This document shows, one piece after another, positions 35,508 through 44,780 of a stretch of 64,000 nucleotides of DNA. Source of the DNA: Phenylobacterium sp. (GTDB lineage Bacteria > Pseudomonadota > Alphaproteobacteria > Caulobacterales > Caulobacteraceae); contig JBJMQX010000154.1 in the NCBI GenBank assembly GCA_045802455.1, forward strand, positions 6,925-70,924, in the 5' to 3' direction. A program made the position numbers and the translations under genes. The notes beneath the pieces are model-generated. The model was given only the letters and a program-made list of their open reading frames with translations. It was not told the DNA's origin and made no database searches. The number at the start of each line of letters is the position of its first letter. Position 1 is the first letter of the stretch.

Positions 35508-35942
35508 TTATCCGACGCGGCGGATCGGCGCCGCCTCGGCCGATTTCGGCGTCACGGCGCGCTTGATCGCGTCGAGCAGGCCGGAGACCAGGATCGGCTT
35601 GGCCACGAAGTCGGTGAAGCCCAGCGCGCGGTACTCGTCCGGCCGGCGGGAGACCACGTCGGCGGTGAGCGCGATGACCGGGACCTTGGCTCCCGGCGAG
35701 TCCGACGCGCGCAGGCGCTGGACGGCCTCGACGCCGGTCATCTGCGGCATGTGGACGTCCATCAGCACCACGTCGAAGGTTTCGGTGGCGAGGAGGGCGA
35801 GGGCGTCGGCGCCGCAGACTGCGCGCACGCTACGGTGGCCGAACGCGGTGAGGATCTCCTCGACCACCCGCAGGTTCATCGCGTCGTCGTCGACGTGCAG
35901 CACCACGAGCGATCGGCCGATGTCCGGAAACGCGTTCGCCAC
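35508..35942 (-). CDS. Single-domain response regulator (receiver only)
   Basis: VLHVDDDAMNLRVV...FDVVLMDVHMPQMTG...VIALTADV...KP. Confidence 0.9.
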   Translation of the reverse strand: MANAFPDIGRSLVVLHVDDDAMNLRVVEEILTAFGHRSVRAVCGADALALLATETFDVVLMDVHMPQMTGVEAVQRLRASDSPGAKVPVIALTADVVSRRPDEYRALGFTDFVAKPILVSGLLDAIKRAVTPKSAEAAPIRRVG

Positions 35943-36090
35943 TGAAAACAGGTCCCTTAGCCCTAAGGCAAACTTGCACGAGAAGGCTAAGGTAAGCCTG
36001 ACAGACGCAGCTAACGCCGGGTTAAGACCGCTGGATTCCCGCCTCCGGAGGGTGCGGCAAGGTGTCCCGTGTCGGGCGCGCCGCCGGGCC

Positions 36091-36546
36091 TCAGGGCTTG
36101 AAGGTGGCGAGCACGACCATCAGCTCGGGCTCGTCCACGGAGCGCGCGGCCTCGGTCAGCGGCATCCAGGCCTTCTCGCGCTGGGCGGCTTCGGGCCAGG
36201 TCTCGGCCTCGTTCTCGACCTCGAGCGAGAAGACGGTCACGCGGACGTGCTGCAGGCGGCCGTTCTTGAGGCGCTTGTCGTAGGCGTAGGCGCCGATCGG
36301 CGTCTTCTTCAGCTTGCCGGTGACGCCGGCCTCCTCGAAGGCCTCGCGCGCCGCGGACTTGGCCGAGCTCTTGCCCTTGATCGGCCAGCCCTTGGGGATC
36401 ACCCAGCGGCGGGTCTCGCGCGAGGTGATCAAGAGGACGTCGATCTCGCCGGCGACATTGCGCCGCCACGGGAGGGCGGCGAACTGGGCCCGCGGCTCGC
36501 GGTCCGGCTCGTGGCTCGACGGCTGGGCGGCGGCGCGCTTGGGCAT
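36091..36546 (-). CDS. NUDIX hydrolase
   Basis: Start moved to MPKRAAAQ (Met102 of the track ORF). Nudix box GKSSAKSAAREAFEEAGVTG. 1-nt start/stop overlap with the PiT gene. Confidence 0.85.
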   Translation of the reverse strand: MPKRAAAQPSSHEPDREPRAQFAALPWRRNVAGEIDVLLITSRETRRWVIPKGWPIKGKSSAKSAAREAFEEAGVTGKLKKTPIGAYAYDKRLKNGRLQHVRVTVFSLEVENEAETWPEAAQREKAWMPLTEAARSVDEPELMVVLATFKP

Positions 36547-37577
36547 CAGCCGAGCGCCCGGTCGAGGAGGCGCGCCAGCCAATAGAAGCCGGCGCCCAGG
36601 AGGCCGGTGGCCGGCATGGTGACCACCCAGGCCCAGACGATGCCGCCGGCGACGTTCCAGCGGACGGCCGAAACCCGCCGGGCGGAGCCCACGCCGACGA
36701 TGCCGCCGGTGATGGTGTGGGTGGTGGAGACCGGCACCCCGATGTTCGTGGCGAAGAACAGGGTGAGCGCGCCGGCCGTCTCGGCGCAGAAGCCCTGCTG
36801 CGGGGTCAGCCGCGTGATCTTCGAGCCCATGGTGTGCACGATCCGCCACCCGCCCATCAGCGTGCCGAGCGCCATCGCCGCCTGACAGGCCAGCACCACC
36901 CAGAACGGCACGTGGAAGCTCTGGCCGAGCTTGCCGTGGGCGAACAGCAGGACCGCGATCACGCCCATCGTCTTCTGGGCGTCGTTGCCGCCGTGGCCCA
37001 GCGAGAAGGCGGCCGCCGAGACGAACTGCAGCCGGCGGAAGACGGCGTCGGCGAAGGCCGGCGTGGCCTTCAGGAAGCTCCAGGAGACCAGCAGCACCAG
37101 GACGAGGCCGAGCGCGAACCCCAGCGCTGGAGAGACCACGATGCCGCCCACCGTCTTCAGGACCCCGGCCCAGACCACGGGATGCAGCCCCGCCTTGGCG
37201 ACCCCGGCGCCGATCAGCCCGCCGATGAGCGCGTGGGACGAGGAGGACGGGATGCCGCCCAGCCAGGTCGCCACGTTCCAGAAGATGGCCGCCGCCAGGG
37301 CGCCGAAGATCACCGCGTCGGAGACGATGGAGGGCGAGATGATGCCCTTGCCCACGGTGTTGGCCACGTGCTGGCCGAACACGGCGAAGGCGATGAAGTT
37401 GAAGAACGCCGCCCAGAATACCGCGTAGCGGGCCGGCAGGACGCGGGTGGAGACGATGGTGGCGATCGAGTTGGCCGCGTCATGCAGCCCGTTCAGGAAG
37501 TCGAAGGCCAGGGCGACCGCGATCAGGACGATCAGCAGGACGCCCCCACCTGAAAGATCCAACCCGGTGAAGTCCAC
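36546..37577 (-). CDS. Inorganic phosphate transporter, PiT family
   Basis: FDFLNGLHDAANSIATIVSTR and the second GGNDAQKTMG repeat are PiT signatures. Confidence 0.95.
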   Translation of the reverse strand: MDFTGLDLSGGGVLLIVLIAVALAFDFLNGLHDAANSIATIVSTRVLPARYAVFWAAFFNFIAFAVFGQHVANTVGKGIISPSIVSDAVIFGALAAAIFWNVATWLGGIPSSSSHALIGGLIGAGVAKAGLHPVVWAGVLKTVGGIVVSPALGFALGLVLVLLVSWSFLKATPAFADAVFRRLQFVSAAAFSLGHGGNDAQKTMGVIAVLLFAHGKLGQSFHVPFWVVLACQAAMALGTLMGGWRIVHTMGSKITRLTPQQGFCAETAGALTLFFATNIGVPVSTTHTITGGIVGVGSARRVSAVRWNVAGGIVWAWVVTMPATGLLGAGFYWLARLLDRALG

Positions 37578-37586
37578 CCGCCGCGC

Positions 37587-38231
37587 CTAGAGGTGCTCGA
37601 TCAGCACGCTGCTGATCTGGTTGGCGACGTCCTCGAAGCGGTCGACGACCTTTTCCAGGTGATCGTAGATCTCGGCGCCGACGATGTAGACCATCGGGTC
37701 CTGGCGGGCGGGACCCTTATAGAGGGCCGAGATGCCGGCGTCGTACAGGGCGTCGGACTGGTCCTCGAGCGCGGTCACCTCCTCGGCGATGGCGTTCAGG
37801 CGGCCGGCATGGCCGCGAAGGTCGCGCAGCAGCGGCACGGCTTCGGCGGTGAGGTCTGCGGTCTTCACGATGATGTCGCCCAGCCGGACCATGTCGGGCT
37901 GGAACTTTCGCTGGTCGAAGAGGGTGATCGCCTTGGCGGTCTTGTGCATCTGGTCGATGGCGTCGTCCATCGAGGTGATCAGGTCGCGGATGTCGCTGCG
38001 ATCGAAGGGGGTGATGAAGATCCGCCGGACCGCCAGCAGAACGTCGCGGGTGACGACGTCGGCCTCGCCTTCATGGCGGGCGAGCTCGGCGCAGTGGCGG
38101 GCCACGTCGCCGCCGCCGTCGAGCACGGCGCGCAGCTCCCGCGCGCCGGCGACGAGCGTGCGCGAATGGGCCTCGAAGAGGTCGAAGAAGCGCTCCTCGC
38201 GCGGCAGCAGCGCCTGGAACCACCTCAGCAT
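37587..38231 (-). CDS. DUF47-family (PhoU-like) phosphate transport accessory protein
   Basis: LLPREERFFDLFEAHSRTLVAGA. Lies immediately upstream of the PiT gene. Confidence 0.9.
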   Translation of the reverse strand: MLRWFQALLPREERFFDLFEAHSRTLVAGARELRAVLDGGGDVARHCAELARHEGEADVVTRDVLLAVRRIFITPFDRSDIRDLITSMDDAIDQMHKTAKAITLFDQRKFQPDMVRLGDIIVKTADLTAEAVPLLRDLRGHAGRLNAIAEEVTALEDQSDALYDAGISALYKGPARQDPMVYIVGAEIYDHLEKVVDRFEDVANQISSVLIEHL

Positions 38232-38247
38232 CGCGGCATCTCCCGGG

Positions 38248-39963
38248 TCATGAACGCTCGCCGGCGGCTTTCAGTCGCGTCGGCAGGAGCGCGCCGCGGG
38301 CGCGCAGCACCGGGTAGGCGGCGGCCTCGATCAGGTGCGAATTGAGCTGCTTGAGGTCGCGCAGCGCGTCGAGGTGCAGCGAACTGGTCTCCATGGTCGA
38401 GACGTTGCCGGACTGCAGGCGCTGGTAGTGGGCGCCGACCGCGTCAGTCTCGACGGCGCGGAACGCCTCCTTCTCGGCCGCCAGCAGGCGGGCGGACTCT
38501 TCGTCGCCGCTGACGAACAGGGAGGCGGCGAGGCGCAGGTTGGCGGTCACCCGGTCCAGCAACCGCACGAGGTCGGCCTGGCCCTCGGGCGAGAAGGAGA
38601 CGCCGCGGTCGAGCCGGCGGCGCGCGACGCCCAGCAGGTTGCGGTCGATGAGGTCGCCGGCGTGCTCCAGGTTGGTGGCGAAGGCCAGGATCTGGGCCTG
38701 GCGCTGGGCGTCCTCCGGCCGAAGGGCCTGCGGCGGGATCGAGATCAGGTAGGCCTTGATGGCGGTGTTCAGCCGGTCGAGCACGTCGTCCAGCGGCTTC
38801 ATCTGGCCGATGCCGGCGCGCGTCGGCGTGGCGATGGCGACGCGCAGGCCGGCCAGCATGGATTCCAGGGTGTCGGCCATGCGCAGCGCCTCGCGGGTGG
38901 CCGCGCCCAACGCGAGCGCCGGCGTCTCCCGGATCGCAGGGTCGAGGTAGAGCGGCGCGCCGGGCTCGGCGGCTTCCGAGCGCTGCGGCAGGATGCGGAC
39001 CAGGAGCTTCGCGTAGCTCTTCACGAACGGCAGGAAGGCCAGCGCCAGGGTCAGGTTGAAGAGGGTGTGGAAGTTGGCGAGGGCGCGCGCCGGGCTGGGG
39101 CCGAGGCGTTCAGCGTAGGGGGCGGCGAAGCGGAAGAGGGCGACCACGACCGCGACGCCGATCAGCCGGTTGAGCAGGTTTCCGAACGGCACGCGCTGGG
39201 CGGCCGGGTCGCGCCAGCCGGCGCCTTCCAGCAGCGGGTTGATCGCCGCGCCGAGATTGGCGCCCAGGACCAGGGCCACCCCGGTGTCGAGCGGGACCAG
39301 GCCCTTGCCGACCAAGGACATGGCGAGCAGCACCGTCACCACGCTGGAGTGGGACGCCCAGGTGAGCAGGGCCGCGGCCAGGATGGCGAGCGGCAGCTCG
39401 GCGCTGGCAGCCGCCAGCAGGTGGCGCGCGCCGGGATCGGCCACGATGGGGCCCAGCAGGATCAGGAACTGGTGCAGCGCGGTCAGCACCAGACCCAGGC
39501 CGATCAGGACGCGGCCGAAGTCGTGCAGCGCCTCCCGCGCCTGGCGGAACAGGACGACGCCGGCCAGCACCAGCAGCGGCGCCAGCATGGCGACGTCGAA
39601 CGAGAGCACCTGGACCACGAGCGTGGTGCCGACGTTCGCCCCCAGCATCACCGCGAGCGCCGGGGCCAGCTCCACGAGGCCGCCGCCGGCGAAGGCGGTC
39701 AGCATCAGCCCGGTGGCCGTGGAGCTCTGCAGGGCGACGGTGACGGCGGTACCGGCCGCGGCGGCCTTGAACCGATTCGAGAGCGCGCCGGCGAGGAAGG
39801 CGCGCAGCCTCGGCCCGAACGTCCGCTGCACGCCGGTCTGCACCATGTGCACGCCCCAGAGCAGCAGGGCGGCGAAACCGGCGAGGTCGAGGATTACGAG
39901 ATAGAGCGAGATGGCCGAGCGCCTCTTTCTGCCGCTGTGGGGACTCAGCGTCCCGCGGGGCAT
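38248..39963 (-). CDS. Na/Pi cotransporter family protein with C-terminal PhoU-like repeats
   Basis: LAGFAALLLWGVHMVQTGVQRTFG and GANVGTT / GANLGAA repeats. The start was chosen at Met38 of the track ORF and is uncertain. Confidence 0.85.
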   Translation of the reverse strand: MPRGTLSPHSGRKRRSAISLYLVILDLAGFAALLLWGVHMVQTGVQRTFGPRLRAFLAGALSNRFKAAAAGTAVTVALQSSTATGLMLTAFAGGGLVELAPALAVMLGANVGTTLVVQVLSFDVAMLAPLLVLAGVVLFRQAREALHDFGRVLIGLGLVLTALHQFLILLGPIVADPGARHLLAAASAELPLAILAAALLTWASHSSVVTVLLAMSLVGKGLVPLDTGVALVLGANLGAAINPLLEGAGWRDPAAQRVPFGNLLNRLIGVAVVVALFRFAAPYAERLGPSPARALANFHTLFNLTLALAFLPFVKSYAKLLVRILPQRSEAAEPGAPLYLDPAIRETPALALGAATREALRMADTLESMLAGLRVAIATPTRAGIGQMKPLDDVLDRLNTAIKAYLISIPPQALRPEDAQRQAQILAFATNLEHAGDLIDRNLLGVARRRLDRGVSFSPEGQADLVRLLDRVTANLRLAASLFVSGDEESARLLAAEKEAFRAVETDAVGAHYQRLQSGNVSTMETSSLHLDALRDLKQLNSHLIEAAAYPVLRARGALLPTRLKAAGERS

Positions 39964-40088
39964 CCAGAATGGTCCGCGCCCTGACGATTGCAAACATCCT
40001 TTGCGAGGCCCGGCGGTTGCGTCGCGCGCGGCAGGCCTGCAAAGGTCGCCGCCGTTCCCGCGGAGAGCGGGCATGAGGAGAGGCAGGC

Positions 40089-41018
40089 ATGGCCGGCGCC
40101 GTGGCCCAGGTGGTCGCTCTGGGCGAGTGCATGGTGGAGCTGAGCCTGAACGGGCCGGCGACCGCGCTCGTGGGCTATGCCGGCGACACCTTCAACACCG
40201 CGGTCTACCTGCAGCGGCTGGGGCGGCCGACCGCCTACGGGACGGCGTTGGGGGGCGGCGATCCGTTCAGCCAGGCGATCCTGGGGCGGATGGACCAGGA
40301 AGGCGTCTCGCGGGAGCTCGTCGTCGAGGCGCCGAACCGGCTGCCCGGGCTCTACGCCATCTCGCGCGACGCCAAGGGGGAGCGGACCTTCTACTACTGG
40401 CGCGGCGAGGCGGCGGCGCGGGACTATTTCGAGCTGGTGGACCCGGAAAAGCTGCGGGCCGCGCTGAAGGCCGCGGCGCTGGTCTACCTGTCGGCGATCA
40501 GCCTGGCGGTGATCGGCGAGCGTGGGCGGGCGATCCTGATCCCGCTGCTGCGCGAAGTGGGCGAGGCGGGCGTGCCGGTGGCGTTCGACACCAACTATCG
40601 GCCCAAGCTGTGGCCCGATCGCCAGATCGCCCGGGCGGCGATCCGCGCGACCATCGGCCTGTCGCGCTACCTGTCGCTGGGCGAAGCGGACCTGGCGGCG
40701 TTCGAGGCGGGCGAGGGCGGGCCGGACGCGGCCGCCCTGGCCCGCGAGTGGGCGGCCAAGGGCGTCGAGGTGGTGCTGCGCTACGAGGACAGGCGGATCG
40801 AGGTGCTGAGCGGGGAGACGGTCGAGAGCTTCCCGCCGCCGGCGCCGATCTCGGTGGTGGACACGACGGGGGCGGGCGATGCTTTCAACGCCGCCTACCT
40901 GGCGGCGCGGCTGGGCGGCCAGGACGTGCGGGCCGCCGTGGCGGCGGCGCGGCGGCTAGCGGGGATTGTCGTGCAGCATCCCGGCGCGATCATCCCTCGG
41001 ACGGCGATGCCGGACTGA
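40089..41018 (+). CDS. kdgK: PfkB-family sugar kinase, 2-dehydro-3-deoxygluconokinase-like
   Basis: VVALGECMVELS...GDTFNTAVYLQRLG...VVDTTGAGDAFNAAYLAARL. Confidence 0.8.
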   Translation: MAGAVAQVVALGECMVELSLNGPATALVGYAGDTFNTAVYLQRLGRPTAYGTALGGGDPFSQAILGRMDQEGVSRELVVEAPNRLPGLYAISRDAKGERTFYYWRGEAAARDYFELVDPEKLRAALKAAALVYLSAISLAVIGERGRAILIPLLREVGEAGVPVAFDTNYRPKLWPDRQIARAAIRATIGLSRYLSLGEADLAAFEAGEGGPDAAALAREWAAKGVEVVLRYEDRRIEVLSGETVESFPPPAPISVVDTTGAGDAFNAAYLAARLGGQDVRAAVAAARRLAGIVVQHPGAIIPRTAMPD

Positions 41019-41021
41019 GAG

Positions 41022-41080
41022 CGCCCCCTCCGTCTCGCGGCTGCGCCGCGATCCACCTCCCCCGCTGCGCAGGGGAGGAA
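41022..41080. repeat. GC-rich intergenic repeat with CCTCCCC/GGGGAGG hairpin, between convergent genes
   Basis: cgccccctccgtctcgcggctgcgccgcgatccacctcccccgctgcgcaggggaggaa. Stem 41056..41062 pairs with 41072..41078. Confidence 0.55.
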
Positions 41081-41085
41081 CTGGT

Positions 41086-41547
41086 TCAGAGCTCCTTGCG
41101 ATAGACGAGGAAGCCGGACTTCGTCGCGACCTGGTCGTAGAGGCGCATGGCGACGGCGTTGGTCTCGTGGGTCTGCCAGTAGACGCGGGTCGAACCAGCC
41201 TGGCGGGCGGCGTCGTAGACCGCCTCGATCAGCGCGCGGCCAACGCCGCCGCCGCGGGCTTCGGCGTCGGTGAACAGGTCCTGCAGGTAGCAGATCGGGT
41301 CCTTGAGCGTGGTCGAGCGGTGGAAGAGGTAATGGACGAGGCCGACCAGCCGGCCATCGCGCTCGGAGACGAAGGCGTGCACGGGCTCGGCGGGATCGAA
41401 GATGCGGCCCCAGGTGGCGGCGGTGATCTCTTCCGACAGCGCGGTCGGGCCGGAGCGGCCGTAGAAGGCGTTGTAGCCGTCCCACAAGGGCCGCCACTGG
41501 GCCCGGTCGCCCTCGCGCAGCGGGCGGATCGCGAGGTCCGCGGCCAC
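41086..41547 (-). CDS. GNAT family N-acetyltransferase
   Basis: LQDLFTDAEARGGGVGRALIEAVYDAARQAGSTRVYWQT is acetyl-CoA binding motif A. Confidence 0.9.
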   Translation of the reverse strand: MAADLAIRPLREGDRAQWRPLWDGYNAFYGRSGPTALSEEITAATWGRIFDPAEPVHAFVSERDGRLVGLVHYLFHRSTTLKDPICYLQDLFTDAEARGGGVGRALIEAVYDAARQAGSTRVYWQTHETNAVAMRLYDQVATKSGFLVYRKEL

Positions 41548-41548
41548 C

Positions 41549-43411
41549 CTAGAGGTTCACCTTGCCGCCGGCCTTGACGTAGTCGTCCACCTGGGCGGCG
41601 AGCACGGTCAGCGGCACCGACCCGGTCTTGACCAGCAGATCGTTGAAGACGCGCAGGTCGTAGCGGGCGTCGAGCGCGGCCTTGGCGCGGTCGCGCAGGC
41701 GGTTGATCTCGGTGTGGCCCACCTTGTACCCGCAGGCCTGGCCGGGGGTGCCGGTGTAGCGGTCGATCTCGCTGGTCATCGCCGCGCTCGTTCGGCCGGA
41801 GTTTTCCACGGCCCACTGGATCGCCTGTTCGCGGCTCCAGCGCTTGGCGTGCAGGCCGGTGTCGACCACCAGGCGCACGGCGCGGAACTTCTGGGCCTGC
41901 AGGTAGCCCAGGCGGCCGGCCCAGTCGGCGTCGTACATACCGATCTCGTCGCCGAGCTGCTCGGCGTAGAGGGCGTAGCCTTCGACGTAGGCGTTGAAGC
42001 CGGAGATCAGCACGCGGACCAGCGGCAGCTTGCCGGTCTCGGTGAGGTAGGCGCCCTGCCAGGCGTGGCCGGGGATGGTCTCGTGGTAGGTCAGCGTCGG
42101 CAGGCTGAACTTCGGCCAGTTCTGCGTCGTCTTCAGGTTGATGTAGTAGGTCGAGGGCCGCGAGCCGTCGAGGGAGCCGGTGTTCATGTAGCCCTGGCCG
42201 GCGCCGTTCTCGATGTCCGGCGGCACGCGCTTGACGTTCACGGGCGCCTTGAGCTGCAGGGTGAAGGCGTCCTTCAGGCGCGGGCGGACGGCGGCGATCA
42301 GGCCGTTCAGGTAGGCGATCAGCTGGGCGCGGCCGGCGTCGTCGTCGCTGAACAGGTACTTGGGATCCTTGCCCAGCGCGGTCATCCGGTCGCCGACCGA
42401 GCCCTGGGTCAGGCCCTGGGCCTTCAGCAGGCCGTCCATGCGGGCCTCGATCGCCCGGTTCTGCTCCTGGCCCATCTGGTGGACCTCTTCGGGCGTCAGG
42501 CTGGTGGAGGTGGCCTCCTTCAGGAGCCAGCGGTAGTAGGCCTCGCCGTTCGGCAGGCGCCAGACCCCGGCGTCGTGGCCGGCCTTGGCGTTCAGTCCCT
42601 TGAGCACGCCGAGCTGGGCGCCCAGCGCCGGATAGACCTCCTGCTCGACGATGGTCCGGCAGCGGCCGGCCCAGTCGCCGGAAAGCCCGGCTTCGCGGGT
42701 CTTGCGGGCGAGCGCGGTCACCAGGCGCGCGTCCGGCGCCTCGATGGCGAGCAGGCCTTCCTGCTGGCCGATGGCGTTCGCCAGGATGAAGTCCGGCGCG
42801 ACCACGCCGGCCGCGGCGTCGGCCCGGGTGCGCTCGGTCTCCTGGCCGATGGCGCGGGCCATCTCGCGGACGCGGGCAAGGTAGGCCTCGGCGTCGGCGG
42901 CGGTCTTGACGCTGTGCTGGCTGTCGAGGAACTCGGGCGTCGCGGAATAGGCGCCGCTCTGCTGGCTGACGACGTAGGGGCCGGCCGCCTCGCTCATGGC
43001 CGCGATCATGGTGTTCTCGCCATGGTCGAACGGCGCGGCGTCGCGGCCGAGCTCGAAGGCGTAGGCGACGACGGCCTTGTTCAGGCGCGCGGTGGGCGAG
43101 AGCTGGGCGTCCGGGAAGGTCGCCAGCCTGGCCAGGCCCTCGCGGCACCAGGCCCGGTCGGCGTGGATGTGGGCCATCGAGGCGTCGGAGAGCTTCGACT
43201 TCAGCGCCGCGCGGGCGCCGGTGTCGAGGCCGAGCGCGGTGGCGGTCTCGGGCGAGGCGCGCAGGTACTGTTCGCAGACCTGGTCGAAGTAGCGGTTCAG
43301 CGCGGCCTCGGCGCCGCCGGCGGCGTGGGGCGGCCCCTTCGGCTTGGGGGCGGCGGCGGCGAGGCCGGTGGCGGCGGCGGAGAGCAGCAGGTGGCGGCGG
43401 TCGAAAGTCAT
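41549..43411 (-). CDS. DUF885-domain protein, Tat-type signal
   Basis: Start moved to MTFDRRHLLLSAAATGLAAAA. YHETIPGHAWQG is a metallopeptidase-like motif typical of DUF885. Confidence 0.85.
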   Translation of the reverse strand: MTFDRRHLLLSAAATGLAAAAPKPKGPPHAAGGAEAALNRYFDQVCEQYLRASPETATALGLDTGARAALKSKLSDASMAHIHADRAWCREGLARLATFPDAQLSPTARLNKAVVAYAFELGRDAAPFDHGENTMIAAMSEAAGPYVVSQQSGAYSATPEFLDSQHSVKTAADAEAYLARVREMARAIGQETERTRADAAAGVVAPDFILANAIGQQEGLLAIEAPDARLVTALARKTREAGLSGDWAGRCRTIVEQEVYPALGAQLGVLKGLNAKAGHDAGVWRLPNGEAYYRWLLKEATSTSLTPEEVHQMGQEQNRAIEARMDGLLKAQGLTQGSVGDRMTALGKDPKYLFSDDDAGRAQLIAYLNGLIAAVRPRLKDAFTLQLKAPVNVKRVPPDIENGAGQGYMNTGSLDGSRPSTYYINLKTTQNWPKFSLPTLTYHETIPGHAWQGAYLTETGKLPLVRVLISGFNAYVEGYALYAEQLGDEIGMYDADWAGRLGYLQAQKFRAVRLVVDTGLHAKRWSREQAIQWAVENSGRTSAAMTSEIDRYTGTPGQACGYKVGHTEINRLRDRAKAALDARYDLRVFNDLLVKTGSVPLTVLAAQVDDYVKAGGKVNL

Positions 43412-43486
43412 CGCGTGTCCGGGCGTGAGCGGAGGGAGGCGGCGGGACCCTAGTACCAGTTGCTCCACCGTGAAACGGGGGAGCTG

Positions 43487-43867
43487 TCAGCGGACCGCCA
43501 GGTCCGTTGACTGAGGGGGCGAGCGCGCTTCCTCCAGCACCCAGTTGGCGACGGACTCCGGATCTCGCAGGACTGACTGAGCGGGGATTCGCAGGACGCG
43601 GATGCCCTTGGCGTTCAGAAAGGCGTCGCGCCATTCGTCACGCTGCGGTCGATCGCCGAAGCCGTGCGAGGCGCCGTCCACCTCCACGCAAAGCGCGGCC
43701 TTGGCGCAGAAGAAGTCGAGATAGTAGGGACCCAGGGGATGCTGCCGCCGGAATTGGGGAGCGCCTCTCTCCTGTCGCCGAATCCTTGTCCAGAGCAGCA
43801 CCTCGGGAAGGGACATTTCCTTTCGCATCGTCTTGGCGCGGCGGTGATTTTGAGCTGAGGCTCTCAT
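43487..43867 (-). CDS. DUF559 endonuclease-domain protein (Vsr-like fold)
   Basis: MSLPEVLLWTRIRRQ...FRRQHPLGPYYLDFFCAKAALCVEVDGASH. The start is ambiguous (43867, or 43894 in the track). Confidence 0.8.
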   Translation of the reverse strand: MRASAQNHRRAKTMRKEMSLPEVLLWTRIRRQERGAPQFRRQHPLGPYYLDFFCAKAALCVEVDGASHGFGDRPQRDEWRDAFLNAKGIRVLRIPAQSVLRDPESVANWVLEEARSPPQSTDLAVR

Positions 43868-43879
43868 GCGATTGCGGCA

Positions 43880-43958
43880 CGCCCCCTCCACCACGCCCTG
43901 GCGGGCGCGGTCCCCCTCCCCCGAAGTGTGCCCTTCGGGGCAGGATCAGGACGGGGAG
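43880..43958. repeat. Diverged member of the GC-rich repeat family, directly upstream of the DUF559 gene
   Basis: cgccccctccaccacgccctggcgggcgcggtccccctcccccgaagtgtgcccttcggggcagg shares the CGCCCCCTCC...CCTCCCC architecture. Confidence 0.35.
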
Positions 43959-43982
43959 CGACTCGCTTGATCCTCAGGCCCA

Positions 43983-44735
43983 TCAGAACAGCCCCAGCGC
44001 CTTGAGGCTGGCGACGCCGTCGCGGGCGGCGATGAGGTGGTCGTGGACGGCGATGCGCAACGACCGGCCGGCCTCCACCACCTGGCGGGTCATGTCGACG
44101 TCGGCGGCCGAGGGCGTCGGGTCGCCGGACGGGTGGTTGTGCACCAGGATCACCGCGCTGGCGGAGAGCTCGAGGGCGCGGCGCATCACCTCGCGGGGGT
44201 AGACCGGGGCGTGGTCGACGGTGCCGCGGCCCATCACCTCGTCGGCGATCAGCTGGTTCTTCTTGTCGAGGAACAGGACGCGGAACTGCTCTCGCGCCTC
44301 ATGCGCGAGCGCGGTCTTCACATAGGCGAGCAGGGCCGACCAGGAGGAGATCACCGGACGTCTGGCGACCTGTTCGCGGGCGGCGCGGAGGGCCGCCTCG
44401 TGCAGCAGCTTGAGGTCCAGCGCCAGGGTCTCGCCGACGCCCTTGACGGTGGCCAGCTCCTGCGGCGTCGCGCCCAGCACCCCCGAGAGCGAGCCGAAGC
44501 GGGCCAGCAGCTGCTTGGCCAGCGGCTTCACGTCCCCGCGCGGGATCGAGCGGAACAGGAACAGCTCCAGGAGCTCGTAGTCGGGCAGGGCGGCGAGGCC
44601 GCCGGCGCCCGCCCGCTCGCGCAGCCGGTCGCGGTGGCCGGCGTAGTGCGGCTTCGGAGGCCTGGGCTTGCGCGCCCGTTTGGCCGGAAGCCAGAGGTCC
44701 GGCTGGGCGGAGACGTCGTGAACGGCCTGGTCCAT
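43983..44735 (-). CDS. radC: RadC-family JAB-domain protein
   Basis: [42 protein letters not shown] is the JAMM motif. Confidence 0.9.
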   Translation of the reverse strand: MDQAVHDVSAQPDLWLPAKRARKPRPPKPHYAGHRDRLRERAGAGGLAALPDYELLELFLFRSIPRGDVKPLAKQLLARFGSLSGVLGATPQELATVKGVGETLALDLKLLHEAALRAAREQVARRPVISSWSALLAYVKTALAHEAREQFRVLFLDKKNQLIADEVMGRGTVDHAPVYPREVMRRALELSASAVILVHNHPSGDPTPSAADVDMTRQVVEAGRSLRIAVHDHLIAARDGVASLKALGLF

Positions 44736-44780
44736 GGCGGACCAATGTTCACTATCCGTTCCGAATTGGCAAGGCCAAGC

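Noticed and set aside
36013-36039. Near-match to the EcfG-type promoter upstream of the stand-alone receiver gene (minus strand GGAATC-N17-CGTT)
   Set aside because: The -35 element deviates (GGAAT instead of GGAAC), and the spacing becomes 17-18 depending on alignment. This is too weak to call without a matrix scan.
41229-43634. 801-aa minus ORF and 41714..43453 (+) ORF over the DUF885 gene
   Set aside because: Arg/Pro/Gly-rich nonsense composition. The frame 41549..43411 contains the DUF885 HExxPGH-like motif and a Tat-type signal.
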